A stretch of 64,000 nucleotides of DNA from Squalus acanthias (taxonomy: Eukaryota), in NCBI GenBank assembly GCA_030390025.1, contig JASTWF010000036.1, positions 3,970,001 to 4,034,000 of the forward strand, given 5' to 3'. Below are positions 62,610-64,000 of this stretch, piece after piece. The first letter of the stretch is position 1; each line of letters starts with the position of its first letter. The position numbers were made by a program, and so were the translations under genes. The notes under the pieces are model-generated. The model had not been told where the DNA came from, did no database searches, and saw only the letters and a list, made by a program, of their open reading frames with translations.

Positions 62610-63664
62610 GAGTGAGGTAGACCCCTGAACTTCGATAGAGGCAGATTCTCCTCTTCAGTGCTTGGGCACCAAGCACCACCTGAGTGCAGGACATAGAGGA
62701 AAGCCGAGCAAGGAGGATCACAGATACGTAACGAACCCGCCCAATTTCCCATCTGTCTAACTTGATGGCCAGAAGGTCAGGCAGACTCCGTTATGACAGA
62801 CAATCCTCCCCACCCAATTTTCCTCTCTGCTCTGTGCAATGCTTTACACCCGAGTGCGAAAGAGGAAAATCGCCCAGATTCCCCCTGTCAACAGCCCAAC
62901 TGGGCTTTAAACTCTCTGGGGGTAGGAGTCCCTCTGGTCACAATGTGCAGTGACTTTGTGAACACATTCAGAAAGGAACCCATTTACGGTCTCACCAGGC
63001 ACACCAGCCAGAGGAAGTCTGTGCAAATACATTCACAATGTGGCTACACAAAGCAACGAGAGGAATGCTTGCCCCCGCTAAACAATTTAAATCGATGTGA
63101 ATTCAGACAAAACGTGCTTTTTGGCTTAAGTTCAGATCTATTAACAGTGAGACAGTGTCTGTCTGTATCGATCTTGCTCCAATTCAATCTGTGTGTTTTA
63201 CTTTGTAGGTCAATTGTTTGTTCAGTTGTTACGTTAACTCCTGAGCAAATTGCTCTGAGCCTCTACTAAGCCAATATCCTGTCAAATGAGCAGCAGTCAG
63301 TGTGAATCAGTATTGAAGGCAATCTGACTATTATCTCCGGCCATTGGCTGGCGCTCCATACTGACATGGTTTTCTCCCCTCTTCTCCTGAAGGTGCTATC
63401 TCCTGCTAGGATGTGGTTCCGTGGATACTGACAGCCCTCTGGAACCACGTCCGAATGGCCATTCTTTGTGTGGGAGCTTAAACACTGAGCGTTGGCAGGC
63501 AATTCTTTTCTGGAGGGCATCATAGCCAAGTCCAATCCTGTCCTCAGCCGGCGTGCGCACTTTCCAGCACAGAATGACGATTGGGAATGGGAGTCCGGAC
63601 TGATTTTTCCCATCCTAGCCCAGGCACTCTGCGACCAACTGTAGCATTTGCCATCCCAGCTGGA

Positions 63665-64000
63665 AAGAAATGAAAGACTTGCATTTCTATAGCGCCTTTC
63701 ACGGCCTCAGGACATCCCAAAGCGCTTTACAGCCAATGAAGTACTTTTGAAGAGTAGTCACTGTTGTAATGTAGGAAACGTGGTTGCCAATTTGCGCACA
63801 GCAAGCTCCCACAAACAATAACTGGATAATGACCAGATAATCTGTTTGAGGAATAAATATAGGCCCAGGACACTAGGGAAAACTCCCCTGCCCTTCTTCA
63901 AAATAGTGTTGTGGGGTCTTTTACGGCGACCTTAGAGGGCAGACGGTGCCTCGGTTTAACAAAAGACGACACCTCCGACAGTGCCGCACTCCCTCAGTAC
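63665..64000 (-). mobile_element. Deu-domain SINE, runs off the window end
   Basis: Reverse complement of SINE tail and body. Confidence 0.8.

Overview
Eukaryotic, repeat-dense genomic DNA, almost certainly from a cartilaginous fish (shark-type CR1 and L2 LINEs, HE1-like V-SINEs and Deu-domain SINEs). It looks like intronic or intergenic sequence. No host gene could be identified; only weak candidate exons are visible. Major elements: (1) a complete, very young Ty3/Gypsy LTR retrotransposon (13200-17679, minus strand; identical 194-bp LTRs, TCTGC target duplication, one nonsense codon in gag-pol) inserted in a CR1. It has no tRNA primer site but carries an 11-nt sequence complementary to its own LTR (possible self-priming) and a YLDN RT motif. 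(2) A complete but decayed PIF/Harbinger transposon (32389-36386; convergent Myb/SANT and DDE transposase genes), plus Harbinger-type MITEs and Myb-gene relics. One MITE-like element (23403-24208) carries a row of back-to-back hairpins. (3) A near-full-length CR1 with intact ORF2 and an SGNH-esterase ORF1 (39219-43298). (4) Penelope-like fragments with hammerhead-ribozyme motifs. (5) Many 5'-truncated CR1, L2, RTE and other LINE ends, three SINE families, and several minisatellites. Boundaries of old fragments are approximate. Family names come from recalled motifs, not database searches.
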